Shown: in pieces, positions 14,905 to 23,737 of the stretch
Layout of the letters: each line of letters opens with the position of its first letter
Numbering within the stretch: the first letter of the stretch is position 1
NCBI GenBank assembly: GCA_001782165.1
Contig: MFNV01000006.1
Coordinates: 444-64,443, forward strand
Origin: Candidatus Levybacteria bacterium RIFCSPHIGHO2_01_FULL_41_15
GTDB taxonomy: Bacteria > Patescibacteriota > Microgenomatia > Levybacterales > UBA12049
Direction of reading: 5' to 3'
DNA: 64,000 nt
The notes under the pieces: generated by a model
The model's database searches: none
Told to the model about the DNA's origin: nothing
Seen by the model: only the letters and a program-made list of their open reading frames with translations
Made by a program: the position numbers and the translations under genes

Positions 14905-15918
14905 TTATTTTTTCGCAATGCTTCTTTTATAAAGTTCGATGTTTTCAAGAGCAACACCTGTACCTCTTACGACGCAAAGAAGAGCTTCTTCTGCAACATG
15001 GCAGGGAACACCCGTCAATTTGGTGATAAGCTTATCCAGATTTTTAAGAAGAGACGTCCCTCCGCTTAAGACGACTCCTTTGTCAATTATGTCACTTGCA
15101 AGTTCCGGCGGTGTCTGTTCCAAAACTCCCTTGATTGCCGATATAATTTCCAGAAGCACAGGTTGTATAGCTTCGTTTATCTGAACTTCCGTAAGTTCGA
15201 CGGTCCGGGGCAATCCTGTTATACTGTCTCTCCCTCGAATTTCCATCTTCTTTGTTTCTTTTGAGGGATTTTCTATAAGAGCATTTCCCAGCTCAATTTT
15301 TATCTCCTCGGCTGTTCTTTCCCCCACCAAAAGATTAAATTTTTTCTTGGTAAAATTTGCGATTACCTCATCAATCTTATTCCCTCCGACTCTTACTGAA
15401 TTGTGAACTACAACTCCGCCTAGAGATATTACAGCGGCCTCGGTCGAACCACCTCCCATATCAACAACCATGTGTCCTGCTGCCTGAGCAATAGGAATTT
15501 TTGCACCAATTGCTGCAGCAAGGGGTTCTTCTATAAGATATGCAACTTTTGCTCCAGCCGCCATTGTGGCGTCAAGGACAGCACGTCTTTCGACCTGTGT
15601 GACTCCGGAGGGTATGCAAACCATAACCTCAGGCTTGAAGAATCGGGATTTTCCCGCTGCTTTATCTATAAAATAAGAAAGCATTGCTTCTGTAATAGTA
15701 TAATCAGCAATCACTCCGTCCCTAAGCGGTCTTTGGGCAACAATATTTCCTGGAGTCCGTCCGAGCATTTCTTTTGCTTCACGTCCTACCGCAACTACCC
15801 TATTTTCCTCAGCCGTAACCGCGACCACAGTAGGCTCATTGAGAACGATTCCCTCCCCAGCAAGATAAACAAGGGTGTTCGCAGTACCTAAATCAATACC
15901 TATACGTTTAGAAAGCAT
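14905..15918 (-). CDS. mreB: Rod-shape-determining actin homologue MreB
   Basis: IGIDLGTANTLVY, DMGGGSTEAAVISLGG, 337 aa. Confidence 0.9.
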   Translation of the reverse strand: MLSKRIGIDLGTANTLVYLAGEGIVLNEPTVVAVTAEENRVVAVGREAKEMLGRTPGNIVAQRPLRDGVIADYTITEAMLSYFIDKAAGKSRFFKPEVMVCIPSGVTQVERRAVLDATMAAGAKVAYLIEEPLAAAIGAKIPIAQAAGHMVVDMGGGSTEAAVISLGGVVVHNSVRVGGNKIDEVIANFTKKKFNLLVGERTAEEIKIELGNALIENPSKETKKMEIRGRDSITGLPRTVELTEVQINEAIQPVLLEIISAIKGVLEQTPPELASDIIDKGVVLSGGTSLLKNLDKLITKLTGVPCHVAEEALLCVVRGTGVALENIELYKRSIAKK

Positions 15919-16026
15919 AAATTTTTAATTGCTGGGTTGTTTCATTGTTAAATTCAAAATTCAAAGCATCAAATTCTAAATAATATCCAATATCAAATTA
16001 TTTAAAATTCAAGACGGTTTTGGTAA

Positions 16027-16085
16027 TTAGAATTTTGGATTTTGAATTTATTTGGGATTTATAATTTTGCATTTCGACTTTTGAG
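16027..16085. repeat. AT-rich ~55-bp intergenic repeat (ttagaattttgGattttgaatttatttgggatttAtaattttg...), second copy at 47307..47358, degenerate copy near 21541..21608
   Basis: About 85 % identity between the 16-kb and 47-kb copies on direct comparison. Confidence 0.5.
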
Positions 16086-16240
16086 TTTTGACTTAGTTTA
16101 GTATGTCAAAATACTATCTTAATAGATCAAAGAACTCTTGTCCTGTATGATCGATTATATATACACTTAATATCTCTTGCAAGACCTATTATCAGTCGCT
16201 GCCCGACGCGCAACCTCTTTGCCAATATTACAGATCGACC

Positions 16241-17461
16241 TTGCGAAGTCATTGCGGGCGGGGTATAATTCTTTTGATGAAAAAAATAGTTCTCACGCTC
16301 TTAATCCTTATCCTTCTTTTGTCAGCCACCGCAGCAATCATTTTTTATGCAACGGGGTGGCGGCTGTCATTCAATAAGGGGCGCCCGGACCTTTCGGGAA
16401 CGGGGCTTTTGGTCACAACAAGCAATCCTGACGGAGCTTCGGTATTCATAGACGATCATCTCACAACAGCAACAGACAATACTATAAACCTGTCTCCCGG
16501 AACCTACAATGTAAAGATTTTTAAAGATGGTTACTTTCCGTGGCAGAAAAAGTTGGTCATTGAAAAGGGTGTTGTTGCCAAAGCAGAGGCTTTATTATTT
16601 CCGACTGCACCCAAGCTTGAAAGCATTGCCAATCTTGGAGCAAACGGCCCCGTTCTTGACCCTTCTAGAACCAGGGTTGCCTATACTGTCTCTTCTCAAA
16701 GTGTCAGAAAAAACGGTGTTTATATCTTGGACATGACGACAAGGCCAATACTTACACTTCAAAGCTCCTCTACGCAAATTGCAGATGACACCCTTGATCT
16801 ATTCTCAGTTGCAAAACTTACGTGGGCGCCCGATGGATCTTCATTAATCGCAAGTATCTCAGCCCAAGCATTATCAAACTATCTTCTTGTTTCAAATTCT
16901 TTCAATCAAACCCCAAGCGATGTCACAGCCACACTTTTAAGCGTAACTTCTTCTTGGGACAAGATCAAAGCTGATAGAGAAAAATCAGCAATGAACAGCA
17001 TGCCTTCAAAAGTAAGAATCTTAATCAAGGAAAATTTTAAAATAATTGAGTGGTCACCAGACGAGACAAAGTTACTTTATGAAGCCTCTTCCTCGGCCAC
17101 CCTTCCTATCATTATTAAGCCTCGCATCATAGGCCCAAACCCCACTCCCGAAACTCGAGATATAAAAAGAGGACAGGTTTATATTTACGACGTAAGGGAA
17201 GATAGAAATTACAAGATAAAAGATTCGATTGATGAGAGAGAAAAGATTACCTGGTTTCCTGACTCAAGACATTTGATCTACGTCCATGAAAAGAAAATAG
17301 ATATCATGGAGTATGACGGACAAAACAAGACTACAGTATATGCCGGTCCTTTTCTGGACAACTACGTATTCCCATGGGGAGATATATCAAGAATTGTGAT
17401 TTTAACTAATTTGGGAAACCTCGATACTGTGGCAAATCTTTACACAATAAGCCTTAAGTAA
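16241..17461 (+). CDS. Membrane-anchored PEGA-domain protein with TolB-like (PD40) beta-propeller repeats; likely start at the MKKIVL codon near 16277
   Basis: TM LTLLILILLLSATAAIIFY; PEGA NPDGASVFIDDHL...PGTYNVKIFKDGYFPW; repeats WAPDGSSLIA, WSPDETKLLYEASS, WFPDSRHLIY. Confidence 0.6.
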   Translation: MRSHCGRGIILLMKKIVLTLLILILLLSATAAIIFYATGWRLSFNKGRPDLSGTGLLVTTSNPDGASVFIDDHLTTATDNTINLSPGTYNVKIFKDGYFPWQKKLVIEKGVVAKAEALLFPTAPKLESIANLGANGPVLDPSRTRVAYTVSSQSVRKNGVYILDMTTRPILTLQSSSTQIADDTLDLFSVAKLTWAPDGSSLIASISAQALSNYLLVSNSFNQTPSDVTATLLSVTSSWDKIKADREKSAMNSMPSKVRILIKENFKIIEWSPDETKLLYEASSSATLPIIIKPRIIGPNPTPETRDIKRGQVYIYDVREDRNYKIKDSIDEREKITWFPDSRHLIYVHEKKIDIMEYDGQNKTTVYAGPFLDNYVFPWGDISRIVILTNLGNLDTVANLYTISLK

Positions 17462-17531
17462 ATACTACAAATATTACCAATAAATACCAATTTCCAATAT
17501 TGAAAACTTTGTTTATTTGAGATTGGTAGTA

Positions 17532-18236
17532 TTATTTAGGCTCTGCGAAGACTAATAAACGCTTCCAGGTCGTCCCGGGCGGCCAGCAGGTTTGAAGAAT
17601 TAAAACCTCTTTTCCGGTATTGCTTTTGGTTATAAAAGAAACATCCTCCGCATCAACCACTCTTGATTCGGTAACTACATAATTATGTCTTTGGTTTTCA
17701 AAGAAGATTGTCACATCATCCCCCTGTTCTAGATCTTTTAAGAGATAAAAAATTGCATTATACCGTCCCACATCCCAAAAGTTATCTGTGGAATGGGCAA
17801 AAAGATAAATGTTTCCCGCAAGTCCTGGGAAGAATGTCCCTTTCGCATGAGCGACTCCTTTTTGAAGGAAGGGCAGAAATTCTTTCTGATTTACCGGATC
17901 CGCATTCGCAAATACCTTAGCGCTTGCGCCAAGCTTGGGTATCAAAATACTAAAATTTGTATCTTTAGGTATCAAGATTTGTTCTTTTGGGCCTGTCAAA
18001 AGAGCGCCAAGCCTTCCGCCTGCCTGCGCCTCTTTGGATTTTCGCAAAAGTTCCCCAAACGGAGTTTCCTTATCGGCAACTGTGTAACTTATACCTCTTA
18101 TTTGAGTAATTTTAAAATAAATTTCATAATAGAGTGAAGGACCAAAAGTTGCCAAGACTCCAAAAATTGCAAAAAGAAGTAAAAAATTCCCAATTGTACG
18201 CAGGATCAAAAAGCGGATAATTTCATCCTTGCTCAT
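17532..18236 (-). CDS. Sortase family transpeptidase
   Basis: N-terminal TM, His LFAHS, catalytic LILQTCWPPGT (TLxTC), Arg near the C-terminus. Confidence 0.75.
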   Translation of the reverse strand: MSKDEIIRFLILRTIGNFLLLFAIFGVLATFGPSLYYEIYFKITQIRGISYTVADKETPFGELLRKSKEAQAGGRLGALLTGPKEQILIPKDTNFSILIPKLGASAKVFANADPVNQKEFLPFLQKGVAHAKGTFFPGLAGNIYLFAHSTDNFWDVGRYNAIFYLLKDLEQGDDVTIFFENQRHNYVVTESRVVDAEDVSFITKSNTGKEVLILQTCWPPGTTWKRLLVFAEPK

Positions 18237-18257
18237 AGATTAATAATAACAAAGAAG

Positions 18258-18436
18258 CGCTCCCGAGAGGAGTCGAACCTCCAATCTTTCCCTCCTGCTC
18301 GCCGAAACTTTGCGCCGCTGGAGAGAGTCGAACTCTCAGTCTTACCCTTAGGACGGGTCTGCTTTATCCTTTAAGCTACAACGGCCTGTGCAGGCGCGGT
18401 AGGACGGGACTGCTCTATCCATTGAGCTACGAGAGC
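18258..18436 (-). tRNA. Interrupted tRNA-Arg(CCT)-like gene: 5' half at 18436..18399, 3' half at 18292..18258, 106-nt insert at the canonical 37/38 position containing a complete tRNA
   Basis: Halves pair with each other: acceptor GCTCTCG/CGGGAGC, D GCTC/GAGC, anticodon stem GTCCC/GGGAA loop GTCCTAC, T GGAGG-TTCGACT-CCTCT. Confidence 0.45.
18313..18385 (-). tRNA. tRNA-Arg (anticodon CCT), 73 nt, CCA not encoded
   Basis: Acceptor GCCGTTG/CAGCGGC (one G-U), D GCTT/AAGC, anticodon stem GACCC/GGGTA loop GTCCTAA, T GAGAG-TTCGACT-CTCTC. Confidence 0.7.
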
Positions 18437-18454
18437 AAACCTAAGTATCTTAAG

Positions 18455-19021
18455 CTACTTAAGCGACTTAAGTCTATCATTTAACCTTCGTTTAAACAAG
18501 TTTTCCGAAAACCCACCCTCCTTAATAAATTTTTCCTCAAGAGCCTTAATTTGTCTATTTAAAAGGAAGGTCGCTTGATGACATAGAGTCAAAAGAAAAT
18601 TTGCCGCCTCTTGAGGATTCTCTGGCAAAATTGGTTTCTCTTTTAAGTTACCTAAGTCACTTAAGTTACTTAATGAGGTCAAACGAAAACTATTTTTCCT
18701 AAACTCCGCTATTCTTCTGTCTGTCTTTAACCAAATCTCCAATTTTCTTTGCCTTAAAAAATCTTCATAATCAGCTAGTAATTCTTCTAAAGATGCCATT
18801 GAAACACCAAGCAATTTAATTTCACCCTTTTTAGAAGTCTGACTCTGGCCCACTCCTTCAATAATATTCTGTTTCCCCGATCTTGCGGCTTGAATCATTT
18901 GCTCCCGATTGCGGCGGTTATCAAATCCATATAAAAACTTATTGCAAAATACAACAGTTAAATCATGGATTATTTCGCAGTATCGATAAGTTAAGAGATA
19001 TTTATATTTGGGCAGTGGCAT
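18455..19021 (-). CDS. Four-helix-bundle protein (the family often found in 23S rRNA intervening sequences or next to tRNA genes), with an in-frame ACTTAAGT-repeat insertion
   Basis: YLLTYRYCEIIHDLTVVFCNKF...QMIQAARSGKQNIIEGVGQSQTSKKGEIKLLGVSMASLEELLADYEDFL matches the family pattern; low-complexity LTSLSNLSDLGNL is encoded by repeats at 18640..18678. Confidence 0.55.
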   Translation of the reverse strand: MPLPKYKYLLTYRYCEIIHDLTVVFCNKFLYGFDNRRNREQMIQAARSGKQNIIEGVGQSQTSKKGEIKLLGVSMASLEELLADYEDFLRQRKLEIWLKTDRRIAEFRKNSFRLTSLSNLSDLGNLKEKPILPENPQEAANFLLTLCHQATFLLNRQIKALEEKFIKEGGFSENLFKRRLNDRLKSLK

Positions 19022-19065
19022 TATTTGTATTTTATCAGCAAGAAAGCTAAAATACTAATGAAAAG

Positions 19066-19140
19066 CGGAGACTAGTTCATCGGTAGAACGCTCGGTTCGG
19101 GACCGAGAGGTAGAGGGTTCAATTCCCTCGTCTCCGACCA
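19066..19140 (+). tRNA. tRNA-Pro (anticodon CGG), CCA encoded
   Basis: Acceptor CGGAGAC/GTCTCCG, anticodon stem CTCGG/CCGAG loop TTCGGGA, T GAGGG-TTCAATT-CCCTC. Confidence 0.8.
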
Positions 19141-19271
19141 GGTTAAACCTTGAGTTTTGTGACCTATGATCTATGACGATCTATGACGATACGGGATCGG
19201 AAAGGGATCGTCTCGGGCTAAACTAACTCTCCGGAAAAATTTTTGATTTTTCCGACGTTTAGTTTTAATCT

Positions 19272-19574
19272 TTAACCTCCGTAGAGTAAAGTACCGAAAA
19301 AGATTGTGGCGCCAAGAATTACTCCTAGTATTCCGTTTACGATAATAACCTTCTCTTTATGGATAATTCCATAAGTAAACCAGATTATTGCGGTGAAAAC
19401 ATATGCAAGCCAAGTTATTGAAGAGACTCCCGCCACATTTTTCTTTGTATAAATATCAAATAACTGGGGAATAGTAATTAAAGGGCTTGCCGTTGCAACA
19501 ATCATTATGACCGCATTTAGGGATTTATGAAATATTGATGCATGCTTTTTGTGAACCGGATGCTGATGTAACAT
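19272..19574 (-). CDS. SemiSWEET / PQ-loop small sugar transporter
   Basis: 100 aa, 3 TM helices, PQ motif in TIPQLFDIY. Confidence 0.6.
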   Translation of the reverse strand: MLHQHPVHKKHASIFHKSLNAVIMIVATASPLITIPQLFDIYTKKNVAGVSSITWLAYVFTAIIWFTYGIIHKEKVIIVNGILGVILGATIFFGTLLYGG

Positions 19575-19638
19575 ATAATAAATATATCAGAAATAAAAAC
19601 TTATTGAAATTAAAACGTAGATATGTCAGAATTACAAA

Positions 19639-20367
19639 ATGGAAAAACTGACCAAGAAGCAGAGGAAAGAACTTAAGAAATTTGAGTGGCAAGAAAAATT
19701 AAAATCTCAAAAGAGAAATGAAATGCTTAAGAAAATTGCAATTTGGGCGGGAGCCGCGCTTCTTTTGATCTTATCTGTCTGGGGGCTTATTGCTCTTTCC
19801 AGTTCAAGTCCAGACCAACAAAATTCCTCAACCCGAATTCCGCAAGTCTCAAAGGAGGATATAAAAATCGGTTCGGAAAGTGCGCGAATCACTCTTGTCG
19901 AATATTCTGACTTTCAGTGCCCGGCATGCGCCGCATACCACCCCATGGTCAATCAACTAATTTCGGAATTTGAAGGGAGAATGCTTTTTGTTTACCGCTT
20001 TTTCCCTATTCAAAGCCATCAAAATGCAATGATTTCTGCCCAAAGTTCTTTAGCTGCACATAAGCAAGGCAAATTCTTTGAGATGTACAATCTTCTTTTT
20101 GACAACCAGAATTCCTGGGTAAACTCGTCAAACGCTGAAAAGATTTTTGTAGAATATGCCGGCAAACTCAATCTTGACATTGATAAATTCAAAAGCGATC
20201 TTAAGAAAGACGAAACTAAAAATCTTATAAACAACCAATATAGTCAGGCGATTGCGATTGGAGTAAACTCTACCCCGACTTTCTTTCTAAACGGAGTTAA
20301 AATCCAAAACCCGAGAACCTATGATGATTTTAAGAACCTGATTCAAAATGAACTTAATAAAAAGTAA
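19639..20367 (+). CDS. DsbA-like thiol:disulfide oxidoreductase (thioredoxin fold), membrane-anchored
   Basis: CxxC motif DFQCPACAAYHP; N-terminal TM. Confidence 0.75.
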   Translation: MEKLTKKQRKELKKFEWQEKLKSQKRNEMLKKIAIWAGAALLLILSVWGLIALSSSSPDQQNSSTRIPQVSKEDIKIGSESARITLVEYSDFQCPACAAYHPMVNQLISEFEGRMLFVYRFFPIQSHQNAMISAQSSLAAHKQGKFFEMYNLLFDNQNSWVNSSNAEKIFVEYAGKLNLDIDKFKSDLKKDETKNLINNQYSQAIAIGVNSTPTFFLNGVKIQNPRTYDDFKNLIQNELNKK

Positions 20368-20782
20368 AAAACTTTTTTTTATCCTTCTTATTCTTTCGTT
20401 TTTGGGTTTTCTGGATTCTGTCTATCTTACTATTCTTCATTATAAAAACGCATTCCCCCCTTGCAGTGTCACTTCAGGCTGCGAAGAAGTTTTGACTAGC
20501 GCTTATTCGATGCTAGGACCAATGCCGCTTGCTTTGTTTGGCAGTATTTTCTATCTCACGGTTATTGTTCTATGTCTTTTTCTAATTACAAACTATAAAA
20601 AAATATATCTTAATATATTAAATCTTTTGGTTTTCGCGGGTTTTATTGTTTCTGTTATTCTCCTCTTAATCCAGGCATTTATACTCCACTCTTTCTGCCA
20701 ATACTGTGTTTTGTCCGAAGTGATAACCACAGCACTTTTAATCCTTGTAGTTTTAAAATTTTGGGAGGGTAAAAGACGTTAA
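20348..20782 (+). CDS. Vitamin K epoxide reductase (VKOR) family membrane protein, DsbB analogue
   Basis: 4 TM helices, Cys pair CSVTSGC and CQYC; overlaps the DsbA-like gene by 20 nt. Confidence 0.7.
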   Translation: MNLIKSKKLFFILLILSFLGFLDSVYLTILHYKNAFPPCSVTSGCEEVLTSAYSMLGPMPLALFGSIFYLTVIVLCLFLITNYKKIYLNILNLLVFAGFIVSVILLLIQAFILHSFCQYCVLSEVITTALLILVVLKFWEGKRR

Positions 20783-20823
20783 ACTCCTTCAGATCGCCAT
20801 TTCGAATGTCGAATGCACGAAAA
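20781..20823. repeat. Intergenic repeat REP-B (ttaaact..ttcgccatttcgaatgtcgaatgcacgaaaa), second copy at 44761..44798
   Basis: 28 of 31 bp of the core are identical between the copies. Confidence 0.5.
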
Positions 20824-20893
20824 TTAATCTAAAATTTGAAATTTGAATTTTTCAATGAAAATTTAAAATTGAAAATTGAAAATTTCCTAGGGG

Positions 20894-21466
20894 CTAGATA
20901 TATTCCTCTACTCTTTTATATTCGTGGATCTCAGAAGGAGTAAACCAGAGAGTTTTCTCAAGATTTGCTTCTTCTAAACTGGCTGAAACGTGGACCAAAT
21001 TTTGCACTCCCCTTTTTTCATCATTGGCATAAGCGGCTGAGTCTGTTGAGAAATCCCCTCTTATAGTACCTGCAGGTGATTGAACTGGCATTGTAGGACC
21101 CGAAATTGAAAGGGCATTTTCGACTGCATGTTTTCCCTCCAAAATAAGAGCAACAATCGGCCCTGATTTAACGTAATCAAACAGCCACTTATTAACCATT
21201 TTACCAAGCTCTATTGGATCATCGGTGCCTAAGTCTTTTTTGGCATTCTTGCCGTATTGAGTATAGGTTCTAAGAGTTTTCTCTCCCCACCTCTTAAGCG
21301 TTGCTGGATTATTAGACTGGTAGTGCTTGACAAGAAGCTCATCCGAGGCTTTGACCATTTTCATTGCCACAATCTTAAGCCCCGTTCTTTCAAATCTTTT
21401 TATAATTTCCCCAACCAAACCTCTTTTTACTCCGTCGGGTTTTACGAAAACCATTGTCTGTTCCAC
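20894..21466 (-). CDS. ndk: Nucleoside diphosphate kinase with insertions and an altered HGSDS motif (HVSAS)
   Basis: MVFVKPDGVKRGLVGEIIKRFERTGLKIVAMKM, GTIRGDF, NLVHVSAS. Confidence 0.8.
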   Translation of the reverse strand: MEQTMVFVKPDGVKRGLVGEIIKRFERTGLKIVAMKMVKASDELLVKHYQSNNPATLKRWGEKTLRTYTQYGKNAKKDLGTDDPIELGKMVNKWLFDYVKSGPIVALILEGKHAVENALSISGPTMPVQSPAGTIRGDFSTDSAAYANDEKRGVQNLVHVSASLEEANLEKTLWFTPSEIHEYKRVEEYI

Positions 21467-21614
21467 AAACTATAAAATCCTAAATTCTAAATTACAAATC
21501 CTAAATAAATTCAAAATTTTAAATTCTAATATCAAAAGAGTTTTGAATTTTGAACATTTGAAATTTGATATTATTTGGAATTTGGTGCTTTGAGTTTGTA
21601 ATTTTCATTCTCTG

Positions 21615-22904
21615 TTATAACTTTAGCAACTTTTCAAACCTTTGTCTATCGGGAAAATTCCCAATAACAGCAAGGTTAATCGAAGAGTTTACGAAATATT
21701 TCTTTGCGGCCGAAAGAACATCGTCCAGCCTCACCTTTTCTATTTTTGCAATCTGCTCTTGCGGACTGTCAATCTTGTCCTCAAGAATTTCCTGTATGCC
21801 GTAATATCCTGCCACAGCCCTTGAGTCTTCAAGTTCCAAAACAAAATGTCCTTTTAAAAATTCTTTGGATTTTGTAAGTTCCTTATTTGATATTTGCCCT
21901 GAGCTTGCCGAATGGGTGATATTTGATATTTTGTGATACTCATTGAGTATCACAGAGACCGCTTCATCAACTCTCTTAGGATCGACTCCTGCTGTTGAGA
22001 CTAAAGTTCCGCAGTCCTGGTAATGCTCAGAGCTTGTCCTCACATAATAAGCAAGTCCTCTTTTTTCCCGTACTTCATGAAAAAGTCTTGAGCTCATTCC
22101 TCCTCCAAGTACAGCCGCAAGGACCGAAAGAGGAAACCTGTCTTCGCTTCTTATCGGTGCAGTCCGAAAACCAATCGCAATATGGACCTGCTCTGTGTTT
22201 TTCTGCTTGACAAACACCTCCGGCTTTGACTGCTTTTCTACTACTTTTAAGTATCTTTTTATATCAAACGATTTCATCCTGCCGAAGTGTTTTTCGACAA
22301 GCTTTAGAACTTTTCCAGAGTCGATTCCTCCTGCAACAATAACCACCATGTTATCAGCACTATAGAGACTCTCCATGTAGGAAATAAAGTCATCCCGCGT
22401 AAGCTTGCCTATAACTTCTTTTCTTCCTGCTATATCCCAACCCATAGGCGAATCTCCATATAAAAGTCTTTCATAAACATCTCCGATTTTTCTTGCCGGA
22501 GTATCCTCATAAAGATTTATTTCCTCAATAATGACCCCTTTCTCTTTATTGATCTCCTCTTTTTTAAAAAGTGAGTTTTGGAGCATATCTGAGATTACAT
22601 CCAAAGAAAGTTCAAGATGATTTGAAGAAGATTTTATGTAATAGCCTGTTGTTTCTTTTCCTGTAAATGCATTAAACTCTCCTCCAATCCCATCAATTAG
22701 AGAAGAAATTTCCAAAGCTGAGGGTCTTTTTTGAGTCCCCTTGAAGGCCATGTGCTCAAGAAAATGGGAAACTCCGTTATTGCGGTCTGTTTCATATCTT
22801 GAGCCTGCGCCCACCAAAACCATTGCTGTTACGCTTTCTAATGAGGGCATTGGAATAGTGAGAACCCGCAGTCCATTTGATAAAACATGTTTCTTAAACT
22901 GCAT
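21615..22904 (-). CDS. M16-family zinc peptidase (insulinase-like)
   Basis: Inverted zincin motif HFLEHMAFKG (HxxEH), 429 aa. Confidence 0.85.
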   Translation of the reverse strand: MQFKKHVLSNGLRVLTIPMPSLESVTAMVLVGAGSRYETDRNNGVSHFLEHMAFKGTQKRPSALEISSLIDGIGGEFNAFTGKETTGYYIKSSSNHLELSLDVISDMLQNSLFKKEEINKEKGVIIEEINLYEDTPARKIGDVYERLLYGDSPMGWDIAGRKEVIGKLTRDDFISYMESLYSADNMVVIVAGGIDSGKVLKLVEKHFGRMKSFDIKRYLKVVEKQSKPEVFVKQKNTEQVHIAIGFRTAPIRSEDRFPLSVLAAVLGGGMSSRLFHEVREKRGLAYYVRTSSEHYQDCGTLVSTAGVDPKRVDEAVSVILNEYHKISNITHSASSGQISNKELTKSKEFLKGHFVLELEDSRAVAGYYGIQEILEDKIDSPQEQIAKIEKVRLDDVLSAAKKYFVNSSINLAVIGNFPDRQRFEKLLKL

Positions 22905-23044
22905 ATTAATATTTATAAATAGAACAAAAATGATCAGATATCCTGATCAGCAAAAATTATAATAGCACAACCAATTTACCCAGACAATACTTAAACTGCA
23001 AGAAAAATTGAAAAATAGGCGTTTCTAAACTATAATTCACCTCC

Positions 23045-23737
23045 ATGAGAAGACTTATATATATTCCGATGATACACGAAGCAGAACAGACTGTTTTTAG
23101 AAACACTTCCGATCAGATGAAAAGACTGAGGGTCACAATGCTTTGGAAAGAGATAGAAAAAGAAATTGATAAGTTAGATTTAGACAAACAAAAAGTTAAG
23201 ATATTCGCAGATGGAATTGCTCAAGGAAAAGAACTTATGGCACTTAGATCTGATCAACCGGGTACAACAATGAGAATAATAAGAAATCTTGTAGCCCATG
23301 GTGCGATTTTGATCGGTGTCGAGGATCCAAGATTGATTAGAGAACAAGCTGCTCTCCTGAGATTGGGAAACGCCTGTGAAAACAATTCTCCCACAGTAGG
23401 ACAGCTGGAGGGATTTGATTATTATGACCGTATGGTAGGATTGGTATCTGAAATTATGAATTGCGTAAAGAAAAGAGATAAAGTAATTGCAAAAGGAGTT
23501 GATAATAACATTCGCCAAGGAGAAACTGGAATCTTATTTCTGGGATACCAACACGATATTACTGCTTATCTAGCAAAAGATATTAAAGTAGAAGGTTTGA
23601 GTCCTGAAACCATGCTTTTGCATGATCAAATTGTAAGAGATCATTTTGCCAATGGAAGTTTTGAAGAATCTATTGAGAGATTCACCCGGCTAAGAGATTC
23701 TTTTGCTCCTCAAGGCCGCGGACCGGAAAAGAAATAA
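23045..23737 (+). CDS. Hypothetical protein
   Basis: 230-aa ORF with no recognisable motif. Confidence 0.4.
   Translation: MRRLIYIPMIHEAEQTVFRNTSDQMKRLRVTMLWKEIEKEIDKLDLDKQKVKIFADGIAQGKELMALRSDQPGTTMRIIRNLVAHGAILIGVEDPRLIREQAALLRLGNACENNSPTVGQLEGFDYYDRMVGLVSEIMNCVKKRDKVIAKGVDNNIRQGETGILFLGYQHDITAYLAKDIKVEGLSPETMLLHDQIVRDHFANGSFEESIERFTRLRDSFAPQGRGPEKK

Noticed and set aside
18258-18436. Archaeal-type bulge-helix-bulge motif at the exon/insert junctions
   Set aside because: The flanking sequences (CCGCGCCTGCACAG / CAAAGTTTCGGCGAGCAGGA) do not form a convincing 3-4-3 BHB on inspection. The intron interpretation therefore remains only one of several.
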